A DNA stretch of 60,140 nt, filler included, from Hausera hauseri (GCA_046269625.1; 10 parts of 10 records of this genome joined end to end with filler, not necessarily neighbours in it); one strand, 5' to 3'; counted from the whole stretch's first letter, positions 25,066 through 38,390 are shown. The notes: a model not told the origin generated them from the letters alone. Program-made: numbers and translations.

Positions 25066-28000
25066 TTTCGCTACCAGCATTTTTGGCAGATCCTGGCAAA
25101 GGCAATTTATCTAATTCCTTTTGCCGACACGCTTCATATGCAGTTTTCACAGTAAAAACTGCTATCTCTAATCCTAACATTCAATCCATAGATTTTCTTA
25201 TCGATACTGGTGCAGCAATATCACTACTTCCACTTTCTTTTCCGTTTCAACATTCTTCATATAAAATAAAACATCTATACACTGCATCTGGTCAATCCCT
25301 CCGTATTGCCGGAACTTGCAAATTCTCTTTCATTTTACCAAACTTTTCCTCTTTATTTCATTGAACGTGTACAGTCGCTAACGTCCAGACGGCAATACTT
25401 GGCTCAGATTTCCTTTCGCACTATAACTTGCTAGTCGATTGCAACCGAAGCTGCCTGAAAACGCATACGCCTGTTGATTGTAGCACAGGTATAGACAGCA
25501 TCCCAACGACACCACAGTCAACAGTAAGTAAGCAATCTATTTTAAAACAGTCAGTACCTCGTTCTAATTCCAATAGCTATCATGTTTTACACTGTAAGTT
25601 TCAAAAGTACAATGTCGACAGCCAATCACAGCTCAATGTCGACACCTACAATCTGGTATTCTCTGTAAAATCATGGAAAAATAACACCTACATAAACACG
25701 GTCCCGGATCCGACCATCCTACGCAAAATTCCACTTGATTCCTCATTAACAACCAGTCATCATACACCAAGTACTACTGGCAACCTCAATTCATCGTCAG
25801 TTACAATATTCCAGAAACTACCCATAAATTTACGACAATTCGTCCATACTTCTTGTCCTCGTATACTTCAGAAAGATAAAAATTTCACCTTAGTAAACAA
25901 CATTTATTACCATATAATTACAAGACATCAAAGGCCAATTAGACAAAAGGTCCGCCCATTGTCACCGAGACGCAGAGAGGCAGTAGAAGCTGAATTTATG
26001 GAACTCGAACAATCAGGTGTCGTCTGCAGATCTAAATCACCATGGTCTTCGCCCCTCCACGTTGTTCAAAAAAATGGATCCTTCCGACCATGCGGCGATT
26101 ACCGCCAGTTTAATAGTTTAACCATAATGGACGCATATCCACTTCCATTAATTAAAGAAATATTACATAGGCTTGATACTACTTCCGTTTATTCGACAAT
26201 TGATTTAGCTAAAGCTTACCACCAAATTCCTGTTGCACCGCACGACATTGAGAAAACTGCAGTTACCACACCTTTTAGTCTTTATGAGTACCTGTATATG
26301 CCTTTCGGTCTCCGAAATGCTGCGCAAACTTTTCAACGACACATTGATTCAATGCTTTCAGACTTCACGCCTTAACCAGTTCAATCTACAGATCAATTTT
26401 GCAAAATGCAACTTCTTTCAAAAACGCGTAAATTTTCTCGGACGTATTATCTCATCAGGCGGCCATTTACCTCAGCCTGATCGAGTTGAGACTCTTAAAT
26501 ATCCAACTACCTAAGACAACCACAGAAATGCGCAATTTCCTTGGTACCTTGCATTTTGTCCACTAATACACTCCGTATTGTTCAGAACTCACGGCACCAT
26601 TTGCAAACTTAAGCGGAGGAAAGAAACATCAGAAAATCGTGTGGACACCTCAAATGGTTAATGATTTTGACAGGTTAAGTGAAGGACTAAAGACTGTTGA
26701 GACACTTGCATTTTCTAAACTTGACGCTGAGTTAATTTTAACTACGGACGCATCAAACATCGCAGCAGGTGCTGTATTACACCAGTCGTATAAAGGAGAA
26801 AATCAACCTCTAGATTTTTTTTCCGAAAATTAACGCCACCAGAAACCAGGTGTTCAACTTTCGATCGGAACTCTTAGCAATAGTCCTCGCTTTAAGACAT
26901 TTTTCTCATTTACTTACAGCCCGCTATTTTGTTATACAAACTGATCACAAGCCGTTGATTAATATAATGACAATGAAATACCCTTCAACTCGACAAGAAC
27001 GGCAAATTTCATATTTGTCCACATTCAACTTTGATATCAAACACATCGAGGGTATTGACAGTCTAGTTGCCGATTTCTTATCTAGATCAGTCGGTTCAAT
27101 CAATTTTTAGCCAATCTTCACTCAAACAAAGCTCGAAGAAAATCAACCATCGCAAGATATTCTCAATTCGTTCATATCGCACCAGATAATCGACGGCGTG
27201 GCCTTAGATATCTCCAAACCAGGACAATCTCGGATGATTCTCGCTCCATCCTTACACAAACAAGCATTTCAAAACGTACATTCGTTACATCATCCTGGTG
27301 CCAAAGCAACTTTCTGCTTACTTCAACGTCAAGTAATATGGCCTACTATGTGTTCCGATGTGCAAGCGTGGATAAATGAGTGCGTGTCCTGCCAGAAATT
27401 TAAAATCACCAAACATTTGAAGCCACCCTTATACAATTTCCATTGCACATCACGCTTTGAGTCTGTTCATGTTGACCTCATCGGCCCTTTTCCTCCTGAC
27501 AACAGTCATCAGTTCATTTTGACCACGATGGATCGTTCATCACGTTGGCCAGAAGCCGTTTCACTACGCAGCACTAATACAAACACGATAGCCAACGTTT
27601 TCATACGCACGTGGATCAGTAGATTTGGATCCCCTAAATTCATTATTACAGACCAAGGTACTCAGTTTGAGTCAAATTTGTTTAAACCCCTCGTCAACCG
27701 ATTAGGAATTAGCCATGTCCACATATCACCGTACAACCTCAATCGAATGGTCTTTTAGAGAGGTTCCACAGAACCCTAAGAACGTCATTAAGAATCCTCC
27801 CAGAATCCAATAGTACTTGGACTACTCTCCTTCCGCTTGTTCTTCTGGGTTGGCATAATACACCTTCTATTTCTACATGTTGTTCACCTACAGAAGCCCA
27901 TTTCGGAGCGCCTGTATGCTCACTGTTTGAGTTAACGGCCTTGGAAGATACACCGACAGGTAAAGCTATTCGATCAACACAAGACCATTTTGTTTCCGTC

Positions 28001-28580
28001 AGCAAAGATTCCTTCTGTAGGATCTTGAATAACAATGAAACATGCCTACCGGAGGATCTATACTCGGCAAAATTGATCCGGTTGAGAAACCAGACACCGT
28101 GCGGTTTCCAACCACGGTATTTAGGACTTTACAAATTAGTTCAATTACACGCCCATAATGCAATTATTTTTAAAGACGGCAAAGAACTAGCGGTGCACAT
28201 CAACAATGTAAAGTCTTCCTTTTTCGTCGATGATGCACTTTAAACTTAACCTTCTACACCTTATCTAACGCCACCGCCTTTTCCAATTTCTATTCCTCCA
28301 AACCGTACACCCAGCCCGCTGCTAGAACCCCCTCCTTAAACCCTTACACTAATCTCACCACTTTTCTTCAAGTTTCTCCTACATTTTCCCCTCCAGTCCA
28401 TTCCTCGTCGCTGAACAATATACCACCCCCAACGACGACGTCCTACACAATTTTATCTCAATCCACTCGTCAACCATATTCATCGACACTAAAAAAACTT
28501 AAATCGGTCACCTTCAGTACCTACAATAGAGTGCTAAATTCTGAAGGATTACAACGCCTTGCACATACGAAGACCACATA
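25056..28580 (+). pseudogene. pol: Gypsy pol (PR-RT-RH-IN), many stops and frameshifts; YIDD region deleted
   Basis: ORFs 25083, 25428, 26639, 26850, 27198 and 27941 carry the domains in order. Confidence 0.92.
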
Positions 28581-28659
28581 GTTATTCACACTGTCTTGTT
28601 TTACCTTAGTTTCATTTTCCTTTATCTCTATAGTTCACACCTTGCCACCGGGGGGTATT

Positions 28660-28803
28660 TATAGTGCTACCACTGTTATTTTGGTTTTAATGACGAAATA
28701 TTTATCATTACATTGTCGAACTAAATGCTATAAATAGTCGATTATCGTTCATTGTGAAACCAATTCCAATGTCAATCACTCAAGCCGAGAATGTTGAAAC
28801 ATG
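28660..28803 (+). repeat. Probable start of the 3' LTR, cut by the contig end
   Basis: Begins TATAGTG (possibly a decayed TGTAGTG) a few nt after the PPT; TATAAATA at ~28729. No matching 5' LTR found. Confidence 0.5.
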
Positions 28804-28903
28804 NNNNNNNNNNNNNNNNNNNNNNNNNNNNNNNNNNNNNNNNNNNNTTAATTAATTAANNNNNNNNNNNNNNNNNNNNNNNNNNNNNNNNNNNNNNNNN
28901 NNN

Positions 28904-29650
28904 AGGAATCATGAGGGAATATACCAAGGTAATATATCAGGGAACATATCAGTATTTGAGGAAATATATAGATGGGATAAATATATAGAAGGGATAAACC
29001 GCTATAATAAGGAATCATTAGGGAATATATTAGTATTAGAGTGGAATATATGAGGAATAGAGGGGAATGTATCAGGATAATTAGGGAATGTATGTGCAAT
29101 ATAGGGAAGGAATATATGGGTAACATATGAGGAATATATGTTCTGTGTGATGATTAAGATATATGTCTTATGTGTGTGAGTAAAGATTTGAGTAACTTGA
29201 GAATTGAATGAATAAGATATATGTCTGTGTGTCTGTATGCTTGTCTGTGCTTGTAATATGTGAGTAACCTGAGAAATGAATGATTAAGATATATGAGGTT
29301 CATCTGCATGTATGTGCTTTTAAAATGTAAGTGACCTGATAAAATGTATAACTCAGATATATGTATGTGCTTGTGTAGTAAAGTGCTAATAACTTAGAAA
29401 TGAATAGCTCAAATATGTGGTGTGTGTTTTTGTGTGAGTAAAAATATGATTAACTTGAGAAATATATGATTAAGATATATGGTTTGTGTATGTGTCTGTA
29501 TGTGCATGTCTCTACATGTAAATGAAACCAACCTGATAAAAGGGATATCTCAGGTATATGTCCGTATGCTTACCTGTGTGGATAAAAATGCAACTAACTA
29601 GGGAAAATGTATAACTCAGATGCGTGTGTGTAAAATGCAAGTAATATGCA
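28904..29650. repeat. Two degenerate satellites: ~32-bp GGAATATAT.AGG units, then ~60-bp TAACTTGAGAA...AAGATATATG units
   Basis: Visible periodic motifs; the first family recurs at 47015-47430. Confidence 0.7.
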
Positions 29651-29861
29651 GGTAATACATGGGGAGTATGTATGTGAAATTATAGAATGTATTGGGTATA
29701 AAATGCAGGCAGAATATAGCTAATTAAGGTAAATCGTAGGTAACATATGTCCTACCAACGTAATGCAACTAATCAATTCATTAATGAATACGCTCATCAA
29801 TGCATCAATACGCTAATCAATAATCTAATAAAATACACTTATAAATAAAACAATACTATAT

Positions 29862-30021
29862 TTCAACCGTGCTGAACAGACTACAAACGATGTGGTGCGT
29901 GAATCACTTGTAATTATGATGAGCTATCTTTCTAAACACATTAGTGCTTTTGATGAAAGATTCGCTCTTATTTTTGGAAATCTAATTGTTGCTTTACATT
30001 TACCTTCTACAGAAGTTCAAA
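29862..30021 (+). pseudogene. GCN1: GCN1 HEAT-repeat fragment
   Basis: NDVVRESLVIMMSYLSKHISAFDERFALIFGNLIVALHLPSTEVQ resembles GCN1 YDAVRQSVVVLMGSLAKHL...D.....IVAKLIAALSTPSQQVQ. Confidence 0.72.
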
Positions 30022-30251
30022 GGGCTTTTGGCGAAACGTGCAGGCAGCTGGGCCCCCAAATCAAGATGTTTGCACTGCTATTCATCGACAATCTCATAAA
30101 CATTATCAATACGCANNNNNNNNNNTTCCACAAGAACACCGTAATTGCCAATGGTCGATTATGTTTCGCCTCATCCGATGATATTGCTCCCCATTTGAAT
30201 TTGTTCATTCGCAACTGGTGCATCTCCTTGCGCAATATCCGCGATAACGAT
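30022..30251 (+). pseudogene. TNPO1: Transportin-1 (karyopherin beta2) C-terminal HEAT fragment
   Basis: AFGE...LINIIN...NTVIANGRL....DDIAPHL..FIRNWCISLRNIRDND matches transportin AIGE...NTAITIGRL....VAP.L.QFIR.WC.SLRNIRDNEEK. Confidence 0.88.
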
Positions 30252-30659
30252 GTTTTTCTTTCTCAGTTTGATAAAACACCAGTTTATTCTCCATCGTTAC
30301 AGTCATTTACAAACACGTCTGGCGAAGCCCAGCAACTTGCCTTTAGAATCGCAGACTACGATAAACAGCTAAAGAGAAACTCGGCCAGTCGGTCGGACGG
30401 CGCCTTCCGCGTCGGCCCCACATCACGTCCCCAGGCGCACCACTCCTTCCCCTTCTATTTGCTTTTTTCTCAACAATATACATATTTATATCCTCACTAC
30501 ATCACATCCACACATTCCAACCTTTCGAACTTTCCTTTCTCTCTTACTCAATTTTTCCGACTTTTACCTCACCCATAACGGCGCTATCATACCTCTCACC
30601 GGAACCCTACCATCTTTCCCAAGCCACACTTGCCTCCACAATTCCCATATCCGTGGTGG

Positions 30660-33600
30660 CATGAACCTTTACCAATCACAGACACCACAGATAAAACCAA
30701 CACAAAACTAAAATCTGTCATTACTTCAAATTTTCATTTCTATCCCTGCTAGCAGCCTTTCATCCATTACCTCTTCCGTTCCTTTCCCTAACTGTACCGA
30801 GTTTTTCATTGACAACCAAAGCCGTAACAAAACTTGGTTAAAATTCCATCAGCTACGGCTACAGGCAAATAACATCACTAACCCCTTAACTAGAGCACAA
30901 ACCTTCTCTTTCTACTTCCTAATAATATCAAAACCCACATTCACTACATTATCTAAATTTTTCAACTCCCTGACCTATATTCCCAACTTTCCAATGCAGT
31001 TCTTAAAATCACCGAACCTTCATGGACACGATAATACAGCGTTTCTTCCATTACAACGTTATAGGTGCCCAACGGCCATGGAGTTCTTGCGTACCTCTTT
31101 AGCACATCTACATACTCTCGGCGTCACTAAAGAGCATAACCCAGACCTACTACGCCACTATTTTCTTAATGCGCTACCTGTCCAAATCCGGGCCCTACTT
31201 ACCGTTGTTTGGGACTCCACGCCGCTTGAGAAATTAGCCGAATTGGCCGATAGGACACACGATGTCCTACATGTAAATTCTCCACCAGTAGTTTCAGCAG
31301 TGGTTGCCGCTAACGATATTACATCCATAGAACAACAGCTTAATCAGCTACGTGCTGAAAACATTGCACTACACGCAACAATCAGCAACATCAATAATAN
31401 NNNNNNNNNATTGAACGAGTTGTCTCTGTCCCGCCGAGGGGCTTTTGCCGCTGACCGCGCTCGTTCTACATCTAGAAACCGCTCACCATCGCCTGCGTGT
31501 TCGTCGATCTGCTATTACCACAGCAGATTTAGCACTAATGCTCAAAACTGCTGGCTAGGGTGCAAATTTTATAACAAGAGTTTTTCCTCGGACACCGTTG
31601 TTTGCATCTACCATGCAAGGTTCAAAAATCAACCTCGTAAATGTCTTCCAGGCTGCATTTTCAAACCCAATACGAATGAATGACGTACTGCCTTTCCTTC
31701 TAATAGTCGTCCTAATTCACCCTTTCAAAAAAATAAGTTTGCCGCCAGAAGTCACGGCAAACTCTGGCGAAGGTACTACTTCACATTCTGAACGCCGACA
31801 CGTCTCTTTTGCAGTCTTCATTCTAAAGGTTGAAATCACTGCCCCTACAACTCAATTTATTGACTTCCTCATCGATACAGGTGCAGGGATTTCTTTATTA
31901 CCGCAAACCTTTCCTGTACAAAACTCTCCATTCAAACTTAAGCCTTTATATACTGCTTCAGGCCAACCGCTACACATCTCTGGCATGGATAAATTATCTT
32001 TCAATTAACCAAATTTGTATACATCTTTCCACTGGACGTTCAGTGTCGCTAAGGTCCAGTCGGCAATTCTAGGATCCTACTTTCTCTCACACTATAATTT
32101 ACTGGTTGATTGCAGCCAGCAATGTTTGAGGAATGGCACCACTGGCGACATTTTCGGATATGTCAATAGCATTTTGACTACTGCGCAGTCTACCGGAACG
32201 CGGAGGTCAATCTTAAAAAAATCAGTGAATAATTCGAATTTTTATAATAATTCTATTCGTAAATTTTTAAATAATAATATCAATATACGATCGAGGTTCA
32301 ATGTCGATAATTGTGGTACTGCCACCAACGTTAACTCATTCGACGAAAATACTTCATTCAACACCAATTTCAATTTAATCCTCTTACACCACATACCGCT
32401 GAACTGCACATGACATAACAACTCATATATTGCATCGGCTACTACTCAAGCCGTTTCACCACTTCCACCAAATCTGTTGCAGTTACCTACAACTTTACAG
32501 CAATTCGTCAATACATCATGTTCACGCGTACTTAAAAAAACCGTACTTTTACTCCCGCAAACAGCACTTTACACCATATAGTTACACAACATCAACGTCC
32601 AATATGTCGAAAGATACGGCCTCTGTCATCTCGTCGTAGACAGGCCGTAGAAGCCGAATTTCTTGAACTAGAACGTTCCGGCATAGTACACCGTTCCAAA
32701 TCTCCTTAATCATCACATTTACACGTGGTACAAAAAAAGACGGTACCTTTAGACCATGCGGTGACTACCGATAGTTGAACAACTTGACTATCGTGAATGT
32801 ATACCCTTTACCACTCATCAAGAATATCTTGCATCGCCTTAATTCAACCACCATCTATTCAACCATTGATTTAGCTAAAGCCTGCCATCAAATACCGGTG
32901 GCACTCGAAGACATAGAAAAAACTGCAGTAACTACTCCTTTTGGTCTCTATAAATACTTGTTTATGTCATTCGGTTTGCAGAATGCCGCACAAACTTTTC
33001 AGCGCCACATCGATTCAATTCTTGCACATTTCTCGTTTGCACACCCTTATATCGATGATATTCTAGTCGTTTCATCTTCGACCAAACAACACGAATAACA
33101 CCTTCGCGCAATATTCCAACGTCTTAACCACCATATTTTCCAAGTCAATTTCGACAAATGCCATTTTTTTAAAAAGCGCATTAACTTTTTAGGCCACGTT
33201 ATTACACCAGACGGTCATTCTCCCCTATCAGACCGCGTCGAAGCTCTTAAAAACATCCAGTTGCCACGTACGACCACCGAAATGCGTAGCTTCATTGGTA
33301 CACTACACTTTGTACATAAATACGTTCCATACTGCTCCGAATTAACAGCACCATTCGCACACCTAAGCGGCGGCAAAAAACATAAGCCAATCCAGTGGAC
33401 ACCTGAATTGGTTGACAAAATTTGACAAGCTACGCGAAGGAATCAAAACCGTCTATATTCTAGCTTTTCCCAAGCCTGATGCAGAACTCATCCTTACTAC
33501 AGACGTATCAACCACTGCAGTAGGCGCTGTACTCTACCAGATCTACAAGGGAGAAAATCAACCATTAGAATTTTTTTCTCGCAAGCTGACAGCACCTGAA

Positions 33601-35580
33601 ACCAGATATTACACGTTCGACGAAGAACTTTTAGCCATTGTTCTCGCTTTAAAGTACTTCTCCCACCTATTAGTCGCTCGCCATTTCACTCTACAAACTG
33701 ATCACAAACCCTTACTTTACATCATGGCTATGAAATACACTTCCACACGCCAAGAACGACAAATATCATACTGATCGAAATTTAACTTCGATATTAAACA
33801 TATTAGCGGAGTTAACAATTTAGTTGCTGATTTTTTATCTAGGTCGGTTAGTTCGATTAATTTTTCACCGATCTTTACGCAAGATAAACTTCAACAGAAC
33901 CAGCCACCTCAGGACATGCTTAATTCTTTTAAAACTTGCACAGTCGTTGACGGCGTGGCTTTAGATACTTTAAAATCAGGCCATTCCATAATAATTCTAT
34001 CACCATCATTGCAAAGGCAAGCATTTCACAGCGTGCATTCTTTACACCATCCTGGTGCTAAAGACATTTTTTGTCTACTCCATTGACAAGTAATGTGGCG
34101 TTAATGCGTTCTGATGAGCAAGCATGGGTTAAGGAGAGTGTGGCTTGCCAAAAATACAAAACAGCTAAGCATTTAAAGCTACCACTATTCCATTTTCCCT
34201 TAACATAGCGTTTCGAGTCCGTGTATATCGACATCGTTGGCCCTCTTCCTCCAGACAACGGTCATAAATTTAGCCTCACCATTATGGACCGTTCCTCGTG
34301 ATGGCCAGAAGCCATCCCTCTGTAGAGCACAAACACGGACACCATAGCTGACGTTTTCATTCGCACACGGATTAGCAGGTTTGGATCGCCTCGCTTTATC
34401 ATCACGGACCAGGGTCCACAGTTTGAGTTCAACCTGTTCAAATCCCTTGTTAACCTATTGTGGATCCATCACATACATACTATGCCTTATCACCCCAAAT
34501 CAAATGGCCTTCTAGAATGCTTCCACCGCACATTGAAAACGTCACTAAAAATCCTCGCAGAGTCCAACACCAGTTGGACGAATCTTCTTCCGTTCGTTCT
34601 GCTCGGCTGGTGGAACACTCCGTCCACTTCTACAGGATGCTCATCTACTGAAGCCTTATTCGGAGCTCCTGTCCGATCATTATTTAAATTAATTGCCTTA
34701 GATGACACTCCCACGGATGAGACGATACGGTCGGCGCAAAATCACTTCGTCGAGGTCAGCAAAGATTCGTCCTGCAGGATACTTCACAAAGACAAAACAT
34801 ACTTACCCGAAGATTTGTACACGGCAAAATTTGTATGGCTAAAGAATCAAGAGCCTTGGGGTTTTCAGCCGCAGTACCCGGGACCCTACAAACTGTTACA
34901 GTTACACTCACATACCGCCATCATCTCCAAAGATAGCCAAGACTTCCCAGTACACATTACCAGCTTAAAGCCCGCTTTCTTTATCGACGACACCTTACCA
35001 ACCGACACGTCAACCTCTTTTCTCACTGCTTCACTCCCTGCTATCCATACATCTATTGTTACACCGTTTCCACCTTGCTCTTTTGCGCCTAGTCCTCCTC
35101 CATCATTATCTACATTATTTACTTCTATTCCTACCACTCTTCCTATCCCTACCACTACCTCTGTATCATCTTCCTCTTCAACTCTTTCACTCAACACAAT
35201 TCCAATCTCTACTCCAACTTTTTTCTCTCTTCCTTTACCCGTCACTACACCTTTCACTGCTCCTTCGTCTTCTAACACTCTATGCAACGCCTTTAACCAT
35301 CCGTTTTCAACAATCTCACTTGCTTCTTTGTCTTCTCTTTATTCTACTTCTTTTCTTTATTCCTACCCCAAAATCTAGCAGTTTTTTCCCCAACCCAAAT
35401 CTCTACAAACAAACACAATGCATAAACACACAACACAGAGTCACATTCAGCAAGTATAGTAGGGAAAAATCAGTTCAAGGTATTCAACGTCTTATTTACA
35501 CTAAGCTCAGCTAACACACACATTTTTCTTTTTGAGATTTTTTCTCTCTATCTTTTATTCTTTATAGTTTCAACTTTGCC
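30660..35580 (+). mobile_element. Third Gypsy CsRn1/Kabuki-like copy (gag-PR-RT-RH-IN-tail), degenerate, ending just before the PPT
   Basis: Gag TWLKFHQL..EHNPDLLR..double CHCC; FLIDTGAGIS; PYIDDILV; LTTDVS; PYHPKSNGLLECFHR; GPYK. Collinear with the contig 5 copy. Confidence 0.94.
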
Positions 35581-35775
35581 CGCGTCGATCGCCGCCCTCC
35601 AGCCCATTCGGTTTGGCACGGCCAGGTTCCCGCTACCGGCGCGTCAGACACATAGTCAGGCCCCGTTTTTCTGCCTTGAAAACCAAATAATCCTTCATAC
35701 AGACGGCTCACTAGTCGTAAAGGTTCACTGGAGACATCCTCATGTTTTCCTCAAAGAAGTAACGTTTTTGCCTTC

Positions 35776-36850
35776 ATGCCAATGTTGCTTTCTCAGATTT
35801 TTCCACGCCAGGACGTAAGTTTGGGTGATTTATCAATTTTGTCTAAATTGTCAGATAATAGCAACAAACAATTTGACGGTGAATCAACATTTTCATCATT
35901 ACCCAATGTCGACAATTTAACAGTAAATTCCCTTATCAAATCGACTGAGAAAGATGTTATTTAATGAATCTACAAAATTTAAAGAACTCAAAGTTCTAAA
36001 TGAGATCATTATCCGTTGCTCAATTTTGAACTATTTAGTTCCTGATTATCTTGATACCCTGACGAAGATAACTTTTAGTTCTCAAACGATGATTAACAAT
36101 TTAGAGAATCTGGTCCAACAGAATTGCCATAAAATTTTCAATTCTCATTACCATATCCATCAATTTGCCAGATTTCGCATTTGAAATAAAACAGCCTTTC
36201 CAAGTTTATTATCAATCAGTCAGAAAAATCATTTACACATTGGCAGTACAGTATGAACTTGATTTTAATTTCCCATTTGACCTTTCGGTGACCGATTTCC
36301 CCATTGGAAATCCAGTTAGACTTCTTTTAGCTCCATTAATTCATGCACGAACTTGTACAGAATGCCTTTTGAAAGTTGTTAAATTATTGAAATTGTCCGA
36401 TTTCACACTGATACTATACACAGATGTCTTAGAAAAATTCGAATATCTCGTAAACGGTTTCGAAGAACTCGAAAAATTTGCTGAATTATTTTTAATACAA
36501 TTGTCAATTGTTTATTTGACTACTCAGTGGAATTTAATGGATGAATTTCATTTCCCGCCGTTGACAACTCACCCATTACGAATCGGCTGGCTACAGAAGC
36601 TTTCCCGTAAAATGCAAAAAAACTGCCATATTCCAGTTTCATAATCGATAAAAGCTGGTCTCTATCTCACATTAACATCGGGACAATGTCCGAGATTTGT
36701 AACAACATCAACGGGTACAATTTACAGATATCTCCATTGGATTCTGTTACCATATCATCTTATAAATCTCCACTTGTGTTGCTGGCTGACTCAAGTGTAC
36801 CAAATGTCGGCATTATCCACTGACATGTGCCATGCATTCCGTGAATTTGA
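35776..36850 (+). pseudogene. Unidentified frameshifted coding-like region
   Basis: Chained overlapping same-strand ORFs 35776, 35954 and 36165; no family recognised. Confidence 0.3.
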
Positions 36851-37138
36851 CAATATCATTATAGAAATATTGTGTTTTTGGTTTAATATGGTATAGTTTA
36901 TTGACTTTTGTACACTAATTTCAATAAATTGATTTTACGGACATTTTTAATTTTCAAGTCATTAATCATTTTGCATTTGGAATTCTGGTTTAGTCAATTT
37001 ACTGTTTGCCTTATTGAATATTATTTGATTTATTTGTCNNNNNNNNNNNNNNNNNNNNNNNNNNNNNNNNNNNNNNNNNNNNTTAATTAATTAANNNNNN
37101 NNNNNNNNNNNNNNNNNNNNNNNNNNNNNNNNNNNNNN

Positions 37139-38390
37139 CTAATCATAAATATCCTTACTGATGGGGAAAAAACAATTGTTGCCTTGAAAAAGTATTGAAA
37201 GTGAATTTTTGACTTTAAAAGGGATTTCGCATGATTTTCCGCAGAAACGTAGAAATTTTGCTTCTTTGCAGCACGGTTTAAAAAGTTGTCGCTGTACGCG
37301 TGCAAAATTTTGACCATAATTTACCCGTCTCATGCTTTAGAAACAAAACATGTGAAAAGTTGTAATTTAGCAGTGTTTTTGTTTTAGATGTGACAAGATG
37401 TACCGCACTCGTGTCTCGAAAGAGAAAATCGACCCAAGAAATCCCTTTTTCAATGCAAACTCTCAGAAACAGAAGGCATTGAGTATCAAATTTGTGTTTT
37501 GTTATAAGATTTGAATAAAGTGGACTGAATGCATGTGTCTTTAAGAAAGAAAAAAGATTTTGTGCACTCTTTGAGGATGAAAATGGAATTTATTACTTGT
37601 GTATGGGTTGTAATACTGAAAAAATTGTTTTTTAGCTGTGTTTATGGTATTTTGAGGTTTCTTTGTATAGTGAGTCTGTTTTCTAATCATAAATATCCTT
37701 ACTGATGGGGAAAAAACAATTGTTGCCTTGAAAAAGTATTGAAAGTGAATTTTTGACTTGAAAAGGGATTTCGCACGATTTTCCGCAGAAACGTAGAAAT
37801 TTTTCTTCATCGCAGCCCGATTTAAAAAGTTGTCGCTGTACGCGTGCAAAATTTTGACCATAAATTACCCGTCTCATTCTTCAGAAACCAAACATGCGAA
37901 AAGTTGTACTGGAGCAGTGTTTCCATTTTTCACGTGACATGTCGTACCGCACTCGTGTCTCGAAAGAGAAAATCGACCCGAGAAATCCCTTTTTCAATGC
38001 AAACTCTCAGAAACAGAAGGCATTGAGTATCAAATTTGTGTTTTATGATTACATTTCAATAAACTGGACTGAATGCATGTGTCCTTATGAAAAAAAAAAA
38101 AAAAATTATGCACTCTTTGAGGATGATAATGAATTTTATTTATGATTTCTGCGTATCGTCAATTCTGTATGGGTTGTAATATGTAGAAATTTGTTTTTAT
38201 TATGGTAATTTAAGGTTTCTTTATGTAGAAAGGTTGTTTTCTGATTATAAAAATCCTTACTCATGGGGGAAAAACAATTTTTGCCTGGAAAAGGTTTTGA
38301 AAGCCATTTTCAAAAGAAACGTAGAAATTTTGCTTACGCGCAGAACGATTTCAAAAGTTCTCGCTGTACGTGTGCAAAATTCTGCGTGTC
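37139..38390. repeat. AT-rich 544-bp tandem repeat (about 2.3 units)
   Basis: CTAATCATAAATATCCTTACTGATGGGG at 37139 and 37683; decayed third start at ~38241. Confidence 0.92.

Larger units (their letters stand above)
23960..28803 (+). mobile_element. Near-complete Ty3/Gypsy CsRn1/Kabuki-like element (gag-PR-RT-RH-IN-PPT-partial 3' LTR), degenerate
   Basis: Gag with Cx2Hx9Cx3C motifs; FLIDTGAAIS protease; RT (SPWSSPL, RPCGDYR, IDLAKAYHQIPV, MPFGLRNAAQTFQR); TDAS RNase H; integrase; PPT GGGGGG at 28650-28655. Confidence 0.94.
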
